From positions 1 to 64,000 of IMG/VR virus record IMGVR_UViG_3300025674_000028: a stretch of 64,000 nt of DNA, one strand, 5' to 3'. Shown here in pieces: positions 1-8,004 of the stretch (within the stretch, counting starts at the first letter, position 1; the number at the start of each line of letters is the position of its first letter). The notes below the pieces were generated by a model. The model worked only from the letters and a program-made list of their open reading frames with translations, had not been told where the DNA came from and did not search any database. The DNA is from a virus. Both the position numbers and the translations under genes were made by a program.

Positions 1-1138
1 TCCCTGGCATAAATTTCATCACCATGTGACGAAACTCTTCTGGGCGAAGGACGATACCAAGGGAAGCCAGATTACTCAAACAGCCAATTTGACTGCTGCT
101 TGATTTCACGATGTCTTCGATTTTGTCAGGCGAGATGTTGTCTTCTGACTTTGACAGCGGCGTCAGCACCTCAGTGGCCATCGCCGGAATCTGCTTTATC
201 ATGTCGCTGACTTTAATCGGTTCAAGACCGCTGGCTTTCGTCAATTTACGTGATCTGCTGTCAACGCCATCGTGATACGCAGCAAGGTACGCAGAGGGCA
301 CAATGATGCGATGGCTGCGTTTCACGTCACGAAACGAAGCGCTTGATGCTTTTGTATGCCCGCTTGTCTTGCTCAAAGTTTTCAGAAACGCAATCAGTTC
401 AGGAAATATCCATCCTAAAGGAGTCGCTTCCGGAGCAGCGTTCGTGTCCACGGCAGACAGGTCAAAAAACAACGGAAAGGGATTCATAACGCGCATCTTG
501 CGACCGTCAGGAAAGATGGAGCCGAACCCAGGGTCGTGTACGTGGTCGCAGTAGTTTGCAGGTGTTTCTGCCTTGTTGTTGCAGATGGAGCAAACATCAT
601 AGGGCACTTTGCAGCCCATGCTGATTGGAAAGTCTTTCCCGCTTCGATAGGTGTCGATGGTGCGCTGCGCGCCAACAACTTTTGGCGCGTCGTCGTGAAT
701 CAAACGCCAAATGCCCTCGCACCTGTCCATGGCGTCGTTGAAAAACATGCAAGGGAAGTCACCGAACGAACGCATCGGGTCGGTGTTCCTGTGGTGCATG
801 TACGCTCGCCCGTGCGTTTCAAACGTTTTGTGGCCGAACTTCGGATTGACTGTCGCTAAGTGCTTACGCTCAAAAGCGTCACCGTTGATGGTCTGCTCCC
901 AGCTTTCGTCCGCGCCAAGCGGAGCTACAATCACGTAAGTGTACCGGTCGTGGTTGAAGCTGTGGTTTTGAATAAAGGAGACAATGCGTGGGTCAATGTT
1001 GCTTGTTGAAGACATCCAGTTGACTTGCTGCCCTCTCGTGTCGGCGTTTGGCTCCAACATCTGACTGATGGAACGACCGCCGTCTAAAGTAGCAAGGCCG
1101 CACGACATATCTCTACTGAGCTTTACCCACTTTTCCAT
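1..1138 (-). CDS. Prohead (capsid maturation) protease, 3' end runs off the window
   Basis: Absent from the ORF track because no stop lies in the window. Manual translation from ATG 1138: MEKWVKLSRD...NGDAF...AYMHH...FPISMGCKVPYDVCSICNN...YCDH...FFDLSAV...GIVLRPEEF. SMGC (putative catalytic Ser) followed by a CxxC/CxH Zn site is typical of large-phage head proteases. Confidence 0.75.
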   Translation of the reverse strand, partial: MEKWVKLSRDMSCGLATLDGGRSISQMLEPNADTRGQQVNWMSSTSNIDPRIVSFIQNHSFNHDRYTYVIVAPLGADESWEQTINGDAFERKHLATVNPKFGHKTFETHGRAYMHHRNTDPMRSFGDFPCMFFNDAMDRCEGIWRLIHDDAPKVVGAQRTIDTYRSGKDFPISMGCKVPYDVCSICNNKAETPANYCDHVHDPGFGSIFPDGRKMRVMNPFPLFFDLSAVDTNAAPEATPLGWIFPELIAFLKTLSKTSGHTKASSASFRDVKRSHRIIVPSAYLAAYHDGVDSRSRKLTKASGLEPIKVSDMIKQIPAMATEVLTPLSKSEDNISPDKIEDIVKSSSSQIGCLSNLASLGIVLRPEEFRHMVMKFMPG

Positions 1139-1142
1139 CGTA

Positions 1143-2417
1143 TCACTCCGGCTCAATCAAACGTCCAAGCATCGAGCCGACGTTGTCAAAAATGGTCTTG
1201 TCTTTACGACGTGACATGGCATTTTGCAGGTTGATGGCCTGCTCAGTGTGTTGCGCGTATTCGTGCGGCGTCATCGCCACGCCATACTCGTCTTTGCCTG
1301 CGACAATGGTCTGCAAGAAGTTGGCAGCAAGGTTGGGATCATCAGTCACGTCAGGCGCATACTTGTCGAGAACATTGAATGCGTTGCGAACGCTTGGCAA
1401 AGTAGATTTTCCAAGCTCGCCGTTTGGATCGATCAAGGGCAAGTAGTCCTGCTGAAAGTTAGGATCTTCACGCAACGCTGTCAGTGCATTCTCAAACCTC
1501 GCGTCAGCGCCTCGCATGCGTCGCTTGTTTACGACGTACTGAGCGCCTGCGTTAATCGCGTACAGCCCGCCGATGGCCAGGGGGATGCGAGCCAGGCGTC
1601 CTGGCATGCCAGGCAACAAGGTTCTTTTGCGTCCAATTGGCACGCCAGACGCGTTCACAATCAGCTCATCTTTTGTGATCAAATCTTTGATCTTTTCAAG
1701 ATTGCGCTGCCATCGTGGCTTCCCGCCAAGCATCTCTGGCCTGTTAGCCCATGCCTTCGCCAGCGCGCTCGGCCCTGCTAACCCAGGAGTCGTGTAGGGC
1801 TGTTTTCCCAACGTCTCATTAACAACTGCCTGAAAGTTTGCGCGCTTTTCAAGAGGACTTGAAATCACGATTTTCGTGCCAGACATCTTGACGTTGTCTG
1901 ATGGAATCAATTTGACAGCGCCTGCGTCAAACGCCTCACGAGTCGCAGCCGCCTCAAACAGCAGTTGAATCCCAAATGCTCTTTTGGCACTGATTTTTTC
2001 CATTGACGTCTTGGCGCGGACTTGCGCAAGCGGATGCCGAGGTGGTGCTGCCATGTGAACTCTCCTAGCGCTTTGTTTAGGTTGACGCCGAAACGAAGGC
2101 ATTCCTTCTAAGAGGTCGTTTGCGCGCGCTGCGCTGAGCCAGGAGGTGTCGACCTTTGTTTGAGCCGTGTTGCCCGCAGGATTCGTCAGCCAATCAGCAC
2201 CTCCAGTGATGGCCCCCATGCCGAGAAATCCTCCTATACCACCAAGCATTCTGCCTTTTGCGAGGCTGCTGATGCCTTCGTAAATGCCTGCGCCATACAA
2301 CGCTGTCTTGTACGGCTGACTGGCCTGCGCCACATCTTTGACGTTCGTCGGCCGGTTGCCGCTTAATCCAAGGCGAGGATCTGAGAACTGCTGCGCTTGC
2401 TGGGGATCAAGAAACAT
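1143..2417 (-). CDS. Putative virion/internal head protein with Gly-rich hydrophobic segments
   Basis: 424 aa, directly upstream of the protease; GGIGGFLGMGA and IPLAIGGLYA segments; MEKISA and LEKRA motifs. Confidence 0.5.
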   Translation of the reverse strand: MFLDPQQAQQFSDPRLGLSGNRPTNVKDVAQASQPYKTALYGAGIYEGISSLAKGRMLGGIGGFLGMGAITGGADWLTNPAGNTAQTKVDTSWLSAARANDLLEGMPSFRRQPKQSARRVHMAAPPRHPLAQVRAKTSMEKISAKRAFGIQLLFEAAATREAFDAGAVKLIPSDNVKMSGTKIVISSPLEKRANFQAVVNETLGKQPYTTPGLAGPSALAKAWANRPEMLGGKPRWQRNLEKIKDLITKDELIVNASGVPIGRKRTLLPGMPGRLARIPLAIGGLYAINAGAQYVVNKRRMRGADARFENALTALREDPNFQQDYLPLIDPNGELGKSTLPSVRNAFNVLDKYAPDVTDDPNLAANFLQTIVAGKDEYGVAMTPHEYAQHTEQAINLQNAMSRRKDKTIFDNVGSMLGRLIEPE

Positions 2418-2431
2418 GATGGACCATGCCC

Positions 2432-3394
2432 TCAGATATCAGAGACGGGTGAAAACAACACGTGGTGCGCGGACGATGACCAGTCTTCCACCATCTTCTC
2501 CAATTGCGCAGCAGTGCGCAAAGCAATCTCGTGCTCGTCTGCACACGCAGCGGCAGCGCGAGAAGCTTTAACCAGTGGGTGCCCAGGGTTGATGATGAGT
2601 TGCCCGGTCATGCCATCCGCGAGCGCATCGGTATTGACTCGCATCATGGCTCTGGACGCCTTTATTAATTCATCGTTCAGCTGACCATGTTCATCAATGC
2701 TGTGACCGAGCAGAGCATTTGGATCAACGTTCAACTCACGCATCCAATGGTCGGCGGCACGCACGACAGCGTTGTGATTGGTGCAACTTTGCTTCACGAT
2801 CGTCAGGACTTCGCCAAGAGACAATGCTTCATTTTCCAGCGCGTCCAGTCCGACCGCCTGCAAATAAGCGTCTGCCCCGTCGCGCGCCATCTCCGCTTCA
2901 GACAGCTTTTGCAGCGACAGCTTATAAGCTTCGCGGGCAGAGCTCACCATGTCTTGCAGTTGCAGAACCTTGTCAATGTCCTGACCGTACTGACCGGAGT
3001 GTTCCAAGGCGACTGGAGCGCTTTGCTTGGCGCGTACATTGATGGCAGGCGACGTGCGCGTTGGAATCAAGTCATTCCATGACTGCTCATGAGCCTGCGC
3101 GGCGCTTTGCTTGCGACGCAAGGGCGTATCAGGTGCGCTCATACCAATCATCTGTGCGACCACTTCGGGTTTGGCGGTTTCCCAACGCTGTGACCACAGC
3201 CTTCCGCCGCTCTCTTTTGTATATGCTTTACTTTTGTCTTTCTCTAGTAACGCGATGTTGACTTTCGTACACACGCGAGAAATCTTTTCAAAGTTCAAGC
3301 CGTGCCCGCGCACTGCGTCTGCCACTGCGGCTGAAGGCGACTTGTCTGTCCCTACGGCGCGCTGCGCTGATTTTGCAAGAGAGTCGATATTCAC
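2432..3394 (-). CDS. Putative head-associated protein (start revised to GTG 3394)
   Basis: GGGAGG SD precedes GTG 3394 and removes the overlap with the opposite gene; many KxS motifs (LAKSA, FEKIS, RKQSA, AKQSA, LIKAS, LVKAS). Confidence 0.55.
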   Translation of the reverse strand: MNIDSLAKSAQRAVGTDKSPSAAVADAVRGHGLNFEKISRVCTKVNIALLEKDKSKAYTKESGGRLWSQRWETAKPEVVAQMIGMSAPDTPLRRKQSAAQAHEQSWNDLIPTRTSPAINVRAKQSAPVALEHSGQYGQDIDKVLQLQDMVSSAREAYKLSLQKLSEAEMARDGADAYLQAVGLDALENEALSLGEVLTIVKQSCTNHNAVVRAADHWMRELNVDPNALLGHSIDEHGQLNDELIKASRAMMRVNTDALADGMTGQLIINPGHPLVKASRAAAACADEHEIALRTAAQLEKMVEDWSSSAHHVLFSPVSDI

Positions 3395-3406
3395 AAGGAG
3401 CCTCCC

Positions 3407-4345
3407 ATGGACCACATCAGGTTTCAACTTGCCACAGGCAGTGTATGGATCACAACCGCTCAGGCGTGTGAACACATTAACGTCTCGCGCCAGGCTCTCA
3501 AGCAGTTGATTGACAGAGGTGTCATGCGTGCTCGTCGCCAAGACGACCGTAAGAACTATATCTTCCGTGACGACGTGTTTTATGTCTACCAGCAGCGTCA
3601 GCAGGCTCACGATGATAACAACCAAAGGGCCAGTTATGAAACACTGGTAGAACGTGGGATTTTTCCTGAATCGTTAGAGACCGCAAATGGATTTGATCTG
3701 ACGACGTGGGCTCAAAACAATCAATCGGAACTGCTGCGCTCCCGACTTGCGATCCCACCGACGCTGCCATCTTTAAATGAAGCTGGCGAAAAGGTAGATG
3801 AGCCCGTCACGCTGGCATTGTTGGCGCGACGCCTGCTGCGCGCCGAACAAGCCCTTAATACAGTTCTTGCGGGGCAATCGATCAACCCCATTCTATCGAA
3901 ACTCTCTCCGACAGACATCGCGTCGATCATACGTCGCACTAAGGCAGCGCTTCGACTTGGGCTTCACAGCGCGCAGGACATCACAAGCCTGTGCCAGCTA
4001 TATCTTCGACTAGACGCACACCACATGACGCAAATCAGTCAGTTTCCTGTGACGCACCCTGACATGGCTGCGGAAGTGTTAGAGGGCGGCGAAGTGGCGT
4101 ATCAGAGTTTGTACCGCATTGGTGATTACCTTATTGCTGCGGCTAGCCAATTGCCCGGCGCGGGACTGAAGGGCTCTGTGCACAATCGCACTCTGGACAT
4201 CGCCAGACAGGTAAAAAAAATCTTGTCGAAGCTGTGCTCTAATCAAGCAGGGATTGACTTCTTACTGCGTCAGGACGCCGGCCACTACTTGCCGGTCCCC
4301 TTAACTGAAATTGACCGATACATTTTGAATCAGGTCACGGGGTAA
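3407..4345 (+). CDS. Helix-turn-helix (MerR/excisionase-like) DNA-binding protein
   Basis: N-terminal WITTAQACEHINVSRQALKQLIDRG fits an HTH_17/MerR-type pattern; AAGGAG SD upstream. Confidence 0.65.
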   Translation: MDHIRFQLATGSVWITTAQACEHINVSRQALKQLIDRGVMRARRQDDRKNYIFRDDVFYVYQQRQQAHDDNNQRASYETLVERGIFPESLETANGFDLTTWAQNNQSELLRSRLAIPPTLPSLNEAGEKVDEPVTLALLARRLLRAEQALNTVLAGQSINPILSKLSPTDIASIIRRTKAALRLGLHSAQDITSLCQLYLRLDAHHMTQISQFPVTHPDMAAEVLEGGEVAYQSLYRIGDYLIAAASQLPGAGLKGSVHNRTLDIARQVKKILSKLCSNQAGIDFLLRQDAGHYLPVPLTEIDRYILNQVTG

Positions 4346-4400
4346 AAAAAAACCTCAACCCCCAGGACGGGGGGAGGTGCCTCCAGGACGGAGGCCTTTG
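4344..4400. terminator. Double-hairpin, probably bidirectional intrinsic terminator (repeat copy T1)
   Basis: Minus strand: GCCTCC-GTCCT-GGAGGC then CCTC-CCCCC-GTCCT-GGGGG-TT-GAGG-T9; lies between convergent genes. Confidence 0.8.
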
Positions 4401-4403
4401 ATC

Positions 4404-4652
4404 CTACAAGAGGCTTTTAGCCTCCCTGTAGGAGTTTGACAGCGCGCCATACAGCGCGCTGTCAAACCCGGCGCGAGCCGGGCTGACGACGACGTCGTAC
4501 ACGTAGTTGGTGGCCATCAGCCACCAACTACCGGAAAGGAGGCCCCACTGGACCTCCTTTCCGTCGACGAGGAGGATGACTCCATCCTCCCCGTCAAGGA
4601 CAAATTCGAAAACCTGGTCTCGCCAAAATTTTTTCTCAATGACCTTGCGCAT
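4404..4652 (-). CDS. Small accessory hypothetical protein (cassette ORF 1)
   Basis: 82 aa, GAGGAG SD, flanked by leader repeat A and terminator T1. Confidence 0.7.
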   Translation of the reverse strand: MRKVIEKKFWRDQVFEFVLDGEDGVILLVDGKEVQWGLLSGSWWLMATNYVYDVVVSPARAGFDSALYGALSNSYREAKSLL

Positions 4653-4843
4653 ATCATCTCCTCATGCGCTATGCAGTGCCTTTGTGTCAGGCGCACTGCT
4701 TGTTCCTGTGAGTTGCCAGCACAACCATTGTGCTTTCAACAACTCGGCGCCTTCTCGGCATGGAGGATCTGCTTCCTCTGGGCTCACCACTTGCGGTAGG
4801 TGACACCGGCCTAGTGAATCCATGCAGGTCTTCGCATGGAATT
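4647..4843 (-). repeat. Structured leader repeat, copy A
   Basis: Ungapped 197-nt match to 7645-7841, about 85% identical by manual count; serial hairpins with compensatory changes. Confidence 0.9.
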
Positions 4844-4976
4844 GGTCTGACGCATTTGTGGTCTTTGCCGCAGCATTTCCACTCTAGGCCATGCGTGGCC
4901 ATCCCAGAGAGCATTGCACTCTTCTGAGTCCCCCTACATCCGGGGTCGGGTTTGTCCGTCTTCACCCTCGGACTCC

Positions 4977-5363
4977 CTAGGAAAGGGAGTGCTGGCGGCA
5001 CTCCGAGATCAGACGAACAACAGCCAGGGCGAACCCTGGGTAGTTGCCGATTGTCTCGTAGTGCACGCCATACGAGGGTGCGCCGGTTTTGAAACCGAGC
5101 GCGACGGCTTTCGGCGTGGTGTCGTAGACGCACACGTCCCAGACCCAACCTTTTTCACGTTGGATCCGGATGACCGTGGCGCATCCGCTCTCGCCGGCCT
5201 GCCCAATGAGCCACGTGTTTTTCACGTTTCTCACTGGTTTGCACTTCCATCCACTCATGAACGGAGCGCTGGCCCGGTTGTCGAGCGTCCACCCTCCGCC
5301 CCAGAGCAAGCTGGGACAAAGTCGGTTCGACACTTTCACGCCGCGCAACATAGGCTTGAACAT
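4977..5363 (-). CDS. Accessory hypothetical protein
   Basis: 128 aa, strong AGGAGG SD, downstream of the GGACATAAG motif at 5507-5515. Confidence 0.7.
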   Translation of the reverse strand: MFKPMLRGVKVSNRLCPSLLWGGGWTLDNRASAPFMSGWKCKPVRNVKNTWLIGQAGESGCATVIRIQREKGWVWDVCVYDTTPKAVALGFKTGAPSYGVHYETIGNYPGFALAVVRLISECRQHSLS

Positions 5364-5506
5364 AGTTCACCTCCTATTGTCACACTGTGTTACCCCACCG
5401 GGGACAGTCTCGGCTGGAGACTGACTCGACAGCACACACTTTGCCGAAGTGTGTGACACGGGACCTGCACTTCTTTTGGAGAATAAAGAAGTATGAGATC
5501 ATAATA

Positions 5507-5515
5507 CTTATGTCC
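5507..5515 (-). promoter_or_regulatory. Putative phage promoter motif GGACATAAG
   Basis: Intergenic; context AAAATCGGCTATTTAC-GGACATAAG closely matches the 7876 copy. Confidence 0.65.
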
Positions 5516-5596
5516 GTAAATAGCCGATTTTGTTAGGGTTTTTGAGGTCATAATGTATGGCCATTTGCCGTGGTTTTGAAGGGCTGACGAGGGGGT

Positions 5597-5655
5597 AAAA
5601 AAAACGCTCAACCCCAGGACGGGGGAGCGGCCCAGCAGGACGCAGGGGCTTTTTG
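5597..5655. terminator. Double-hairpin terminator (repeat copy T2)
   Basis: Minus strand CGCTC-CCCC-GTCCT-GGGG-TT-GAGCG-T8 preceded by a second GTCCT-loop hairpin; homologous to T1. Confidence 0.8.
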
Positions 5656-5661
5656 ACTCGA

Positions 5662-6462
5662 TCACGTCATCGGTCCGATGTCGTGATCATAGATTTCGGC
5701 GCCGTCGAGGTGAGCGCCGTCTAGGTCGGCACCTACGAGTAGAGCGCCGGTGAGGTCTGCACGGCGGAGGATGGCGCCTCTAAGGATTGCATAGGGAAGG
5801 AAAGAGTTCGACAAGTCGGCGCCCGTGAGGTCAGCGCCGGTGAGGTCGGCGCATGTGAGGTGGGCGCCGTCGAGGTCGGCGCAGCGCAGGTCAGCCCCCG
5901 TGAGGTTTGCGTTGGAGAGGTTTGCCCCCGCCCGCTTACCTTCTAGGGCGAGATCAGCGCCGCACAGGTCGGCGCAGCGCAGGTCGGCGCAGCGCAGGTC
6001 GGCGCCGGTGAGCTTTGCCTCGCGCAGGTCGGCGCAGCGCAGGTCGGCGCCGGTGAGGTCGGCGCCAGTGAGATTGGCGCCGTCGAGGATGGCGCTAGTG
6101 AGGTTGGCGCCGGTGAGGTTGGCGTCGGTGAAGTCGGCTTTGTCGAACACTTCGACCTCCGTGAGGATGGCGCCGGTGAGGTTGGCGCCCCTGAGGTCGA
6201 CCTCTGTGAAGATGGCGCCGGTGAGGTTGGCGCCGGTGAGGTTGGCGCACCGGAGATAAGAGCCGATGAGAACGGCGTTTGTAAGGTTGGCGCCGGTGAG
6301 GTTGGCGAGAGCGAGGTTGACGCCGGTGAGGATAGCGCTGGTGAGGTTGGCGCCCGTGAGGTCGGCGCCCGTGAGGTCGGCGCCGGTGAAGTCGGCGCCG
6401 GTAAAGTCGATGCCGGCCAGGTGCTGGCCGGCGCGGTCGACACCTTGAAAATTTGTGCGCAT
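5662..6462 (-). CDS. Pentapeptide repeat protein
   Basis: A(D/N)LTG and ADLRC repeats span almost the whole 266 aa; 15-nt DNA periodicity; AAGGAG SD. Confidence 0.95.
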   Translation of the reverse strand: MRTNFQGVDRAGQHLAGIDFTGADFTGADLTGADLTGANLTSAILTGVNLALANLTGANLTNAVLIGSYLRCANLTGANLTGAIFTEVDLRGANLTGAILTEVEVFDKADFTDANLTGANLTSAILDGANLTGADLTGADLRCADLREAKLTGADLRCADLRCADLCGADLALEGKRAGANLSNANLTGADLRCADLDGAHLTCADLTGADLTGADLSNSFLPYAILRGAILRRADLTGALLVGADLDGAHLDGAEIYDHDIGPMT

Positions 6463-6550
6463 ATCATCTCCTTATGCGCTATGCAACACCTTTGTGGCAG
6501 GCGTGTCGCTTACTCCCATGGGTTGCCAGCACAGCTATTGTGCGGGCAAC
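6457..6550 (-). repeat. Structured leader repeat, copy B (gene-proximal three hairpins only)
   Basis: Matches the gene-proximal ~94 nt of copies A and C. Confidence 0.85.
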
Positions 6551-6553
6551 GGC

Positions 6554-6578
6554 AAAAAAATATACGCAGCCGGCGTAT
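6554..6578 (-). terminator. Intrinsic terminator
   Basis: ATACGC-CGGCT-GCGTAT-A-T7 on the minus strand, downstream of ORF 6649-7650. Confidence 0.65.
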
Positions 6579-6648
6579 GCGGGTCACTCTCTTCCGGAGA
6601 ATGACAACGGGCGTATGTTTAACGACCTCGCCAGGTCGGGGCCGCGGC

Positions 6649-7650
6649 TCAATCCGTATGGATCACAACCGTGACCCGGTCGAGCCCGTGGACGCTCGAC
6701 CGGGTCGCGACAAGTTTCCCGTCGTGCAGCAGGCGCTGCACGCGGGAATCCCCGTCCACGCGGAAGGTTCCCCAGGCCCCGAGGCCCCAAACCTCAAGGG
6801 CCTCGAGGGTGTGTAGGGGGCTCCGGCGCATGATGCGCCAGAGGAGCGACGGAGTTGGAGAGGAGGCGAAATCCTCCATCTCCATCTCCGTCATCGGAGC
6901 GTCTTCTGGGAAATAGTAAGAGGGAGGGTTTTTTGCCCCCCATCCCCTCACGAGTTCCACTAACCGACGTTTTCTGTCGGCTCCGATCTCCTGCCCCTCT
7001 GCCCCCGCTAGGAGGAACGGCAGACGCTCACAGACTGCCTGCCGTTCGAGGCCCAAAGCGCGGGCCTCCTTTTCGGCAGAGAGCCGCTTTGTTTCCAAAG
7101 CGGCTCTCTGCCGAGCCTCCCTCTCGCGGCGCCTTAGACGAGGCCACACCTCGCCTAAGGAGAATTGAGCGCTGAAGACTCTCCCTTGGCGCTCTCGAAA
7201 CGCCCGCCACCACTCATGGTGGTATGGGTCACGCCGGAACGAGTCATCGTCATCGACCCATTCCCCGTAACTGCATGAGAGGTCGTCGGCCGCCTCCACT
7301 GCCTCAAAGAGGCAGTGGTACTCTTGCTCCAGCGTCTGCTGAAGCAAGAGTACGTAGGCGCTCCGCATGGAGCGCCAAGGGAAACCTGTCGGGCGGGCGG
7401 CGAGGTCTCCGTCCGCCCACTCGGCCAGGGCGCGATGCGCCTCGCACGTCTGCCGGCCCCACCCTGTGAGGCCGGAGATGTACGCGAGGGTGACCTCGCC
7501 AGCGCCGCCCGCTACGGCGCTGTTGTAGAGAGACTGCAACGCCTTGTCGCGCTCCAGCCCCTCCTCCCGACCCCCCGCGATGAAGCGGGCCTTTTCGATG
7601 AAGAGGTTGGTGTTGTTGGCGGCGTTGTTGGTGGGGTCCATCTTGCTCAT
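6649..7650 (-). CDS. Accessory hypothetical protein (start revised to ATG 7650)
   Basis: GGAG SD and the same position relative to the leader repeat as the starts at 4652 and 6462; GC-rich coding style. Confidence 0.7.
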   Translation of the reverse strand: MSKMDPTNNAANNTNLFIEKARFIAGGREEGLERDKALQSLYNSAVAGGAGEVTLAYISGLTGWGRQTCEAHRALAEWADGDLAARPTGFPWRSMRSAYVLLLQQTLEQEYHCLFEAVEAADDLSCSYGEWVDDDDSFRRDPYHHEWWRAFRERQGRVFSAQFSLGEVWPRLRRREREARQRAALETKRLSAEKEARALGLERQAVCERLPFLLAGAEGQEIGADRKRRLVELVRGWGAKNPPSYYFPEDAPMTEMEMEDFASSPTPSLLWRIMRRSPLHTLEALEVWGLGAWGTFRVDGDSRVQRLLHDGKLVATRSSVHGLDRVTVVIHTD

Positions 7651-7841
7651 GTCATCTCCATATGAGCAATGCAACACCTTTGTATCAGGCGTGTCGCTTG
7701 TACCTGTGAGTTGCCAGCACAACCATTGTGCTTCCAACAACTCGGTGCCTTCTCGGCATGGAGGATCTGCTCCCTCTAGGCTCACCACTTGAAGCAGGTG
7801 ACGCTTGCCCAGTGAATCCATGCAGGTCTTTGCGTGGAATT
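7645..7841 (-). repeat. Structured leader repeat, copy C
   Basis: 197-nt homologue of 4647-4843; begins about 35 nt downstream of the GGACATAAG at 7876-7884. Confidence 0.9.
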
Positions 7842-7875
7842 TGACCGTCACAATGGAGGTATGGCGGTCAACAGT

Positions 7876-7884
7876 CTTATGTCC
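7876..7884 (-). promoter_or_regulatory. Putative phage promoter motif GGACATAAG
   Basis: AT-rich intergenic region; followed by ACTG-TTGACCGC, like the plus-strand copies. Confidence 0.7.
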
Positions 7885-7941
7885 GTATATAGCTAATTTT
7901 ACACGGTTTTTTTCCTGTCTTTATAAGGCTTAAAAACGCTC

Positions 7942-7969
7942 TTTTGGACATAAGACCATTGACCGCACA
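7942..7969 (+). promoter_or_regulatory. Putative phage promoter (28-bp exact repeat of 35169-35196)
   Basis: TTTTGGACATAAGACCATTGACCGCACA, divergent from the 7876 copy. Confidence 0.75.
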
Positions 7970-8004
7970 TGTCGTGCTGTCCTACCAAAAACCAAGGAGA
8001 AGAT

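Noticed and set aside
5662-6462. Regular short DNA repeats as a CRISPR array
   Set aside because: They are 15-nt in-frame coding repeats with no unique spacers, explained by the pentapeptide protein. The overlapping ORFs 5825-6259 and 5943-6467 are shadow frames.
4647-7841. Leader repeats as integron attC sites
   Set aside because: The GTT...AAC order is opposite to the attC pattern (RYYYAAC...GTTRRRY), the repeats sit at gene 5' ends, and no integrase is visible.
7651-7851. N-terminal extension of ORF 6649-7851 and ORFs 4507-4803, 4687-5148, 7544-7792
   Set aside because: These frames cross the leader repeat, whose changes follow base pairing. The SD and the aligned starts support ATG 7650.
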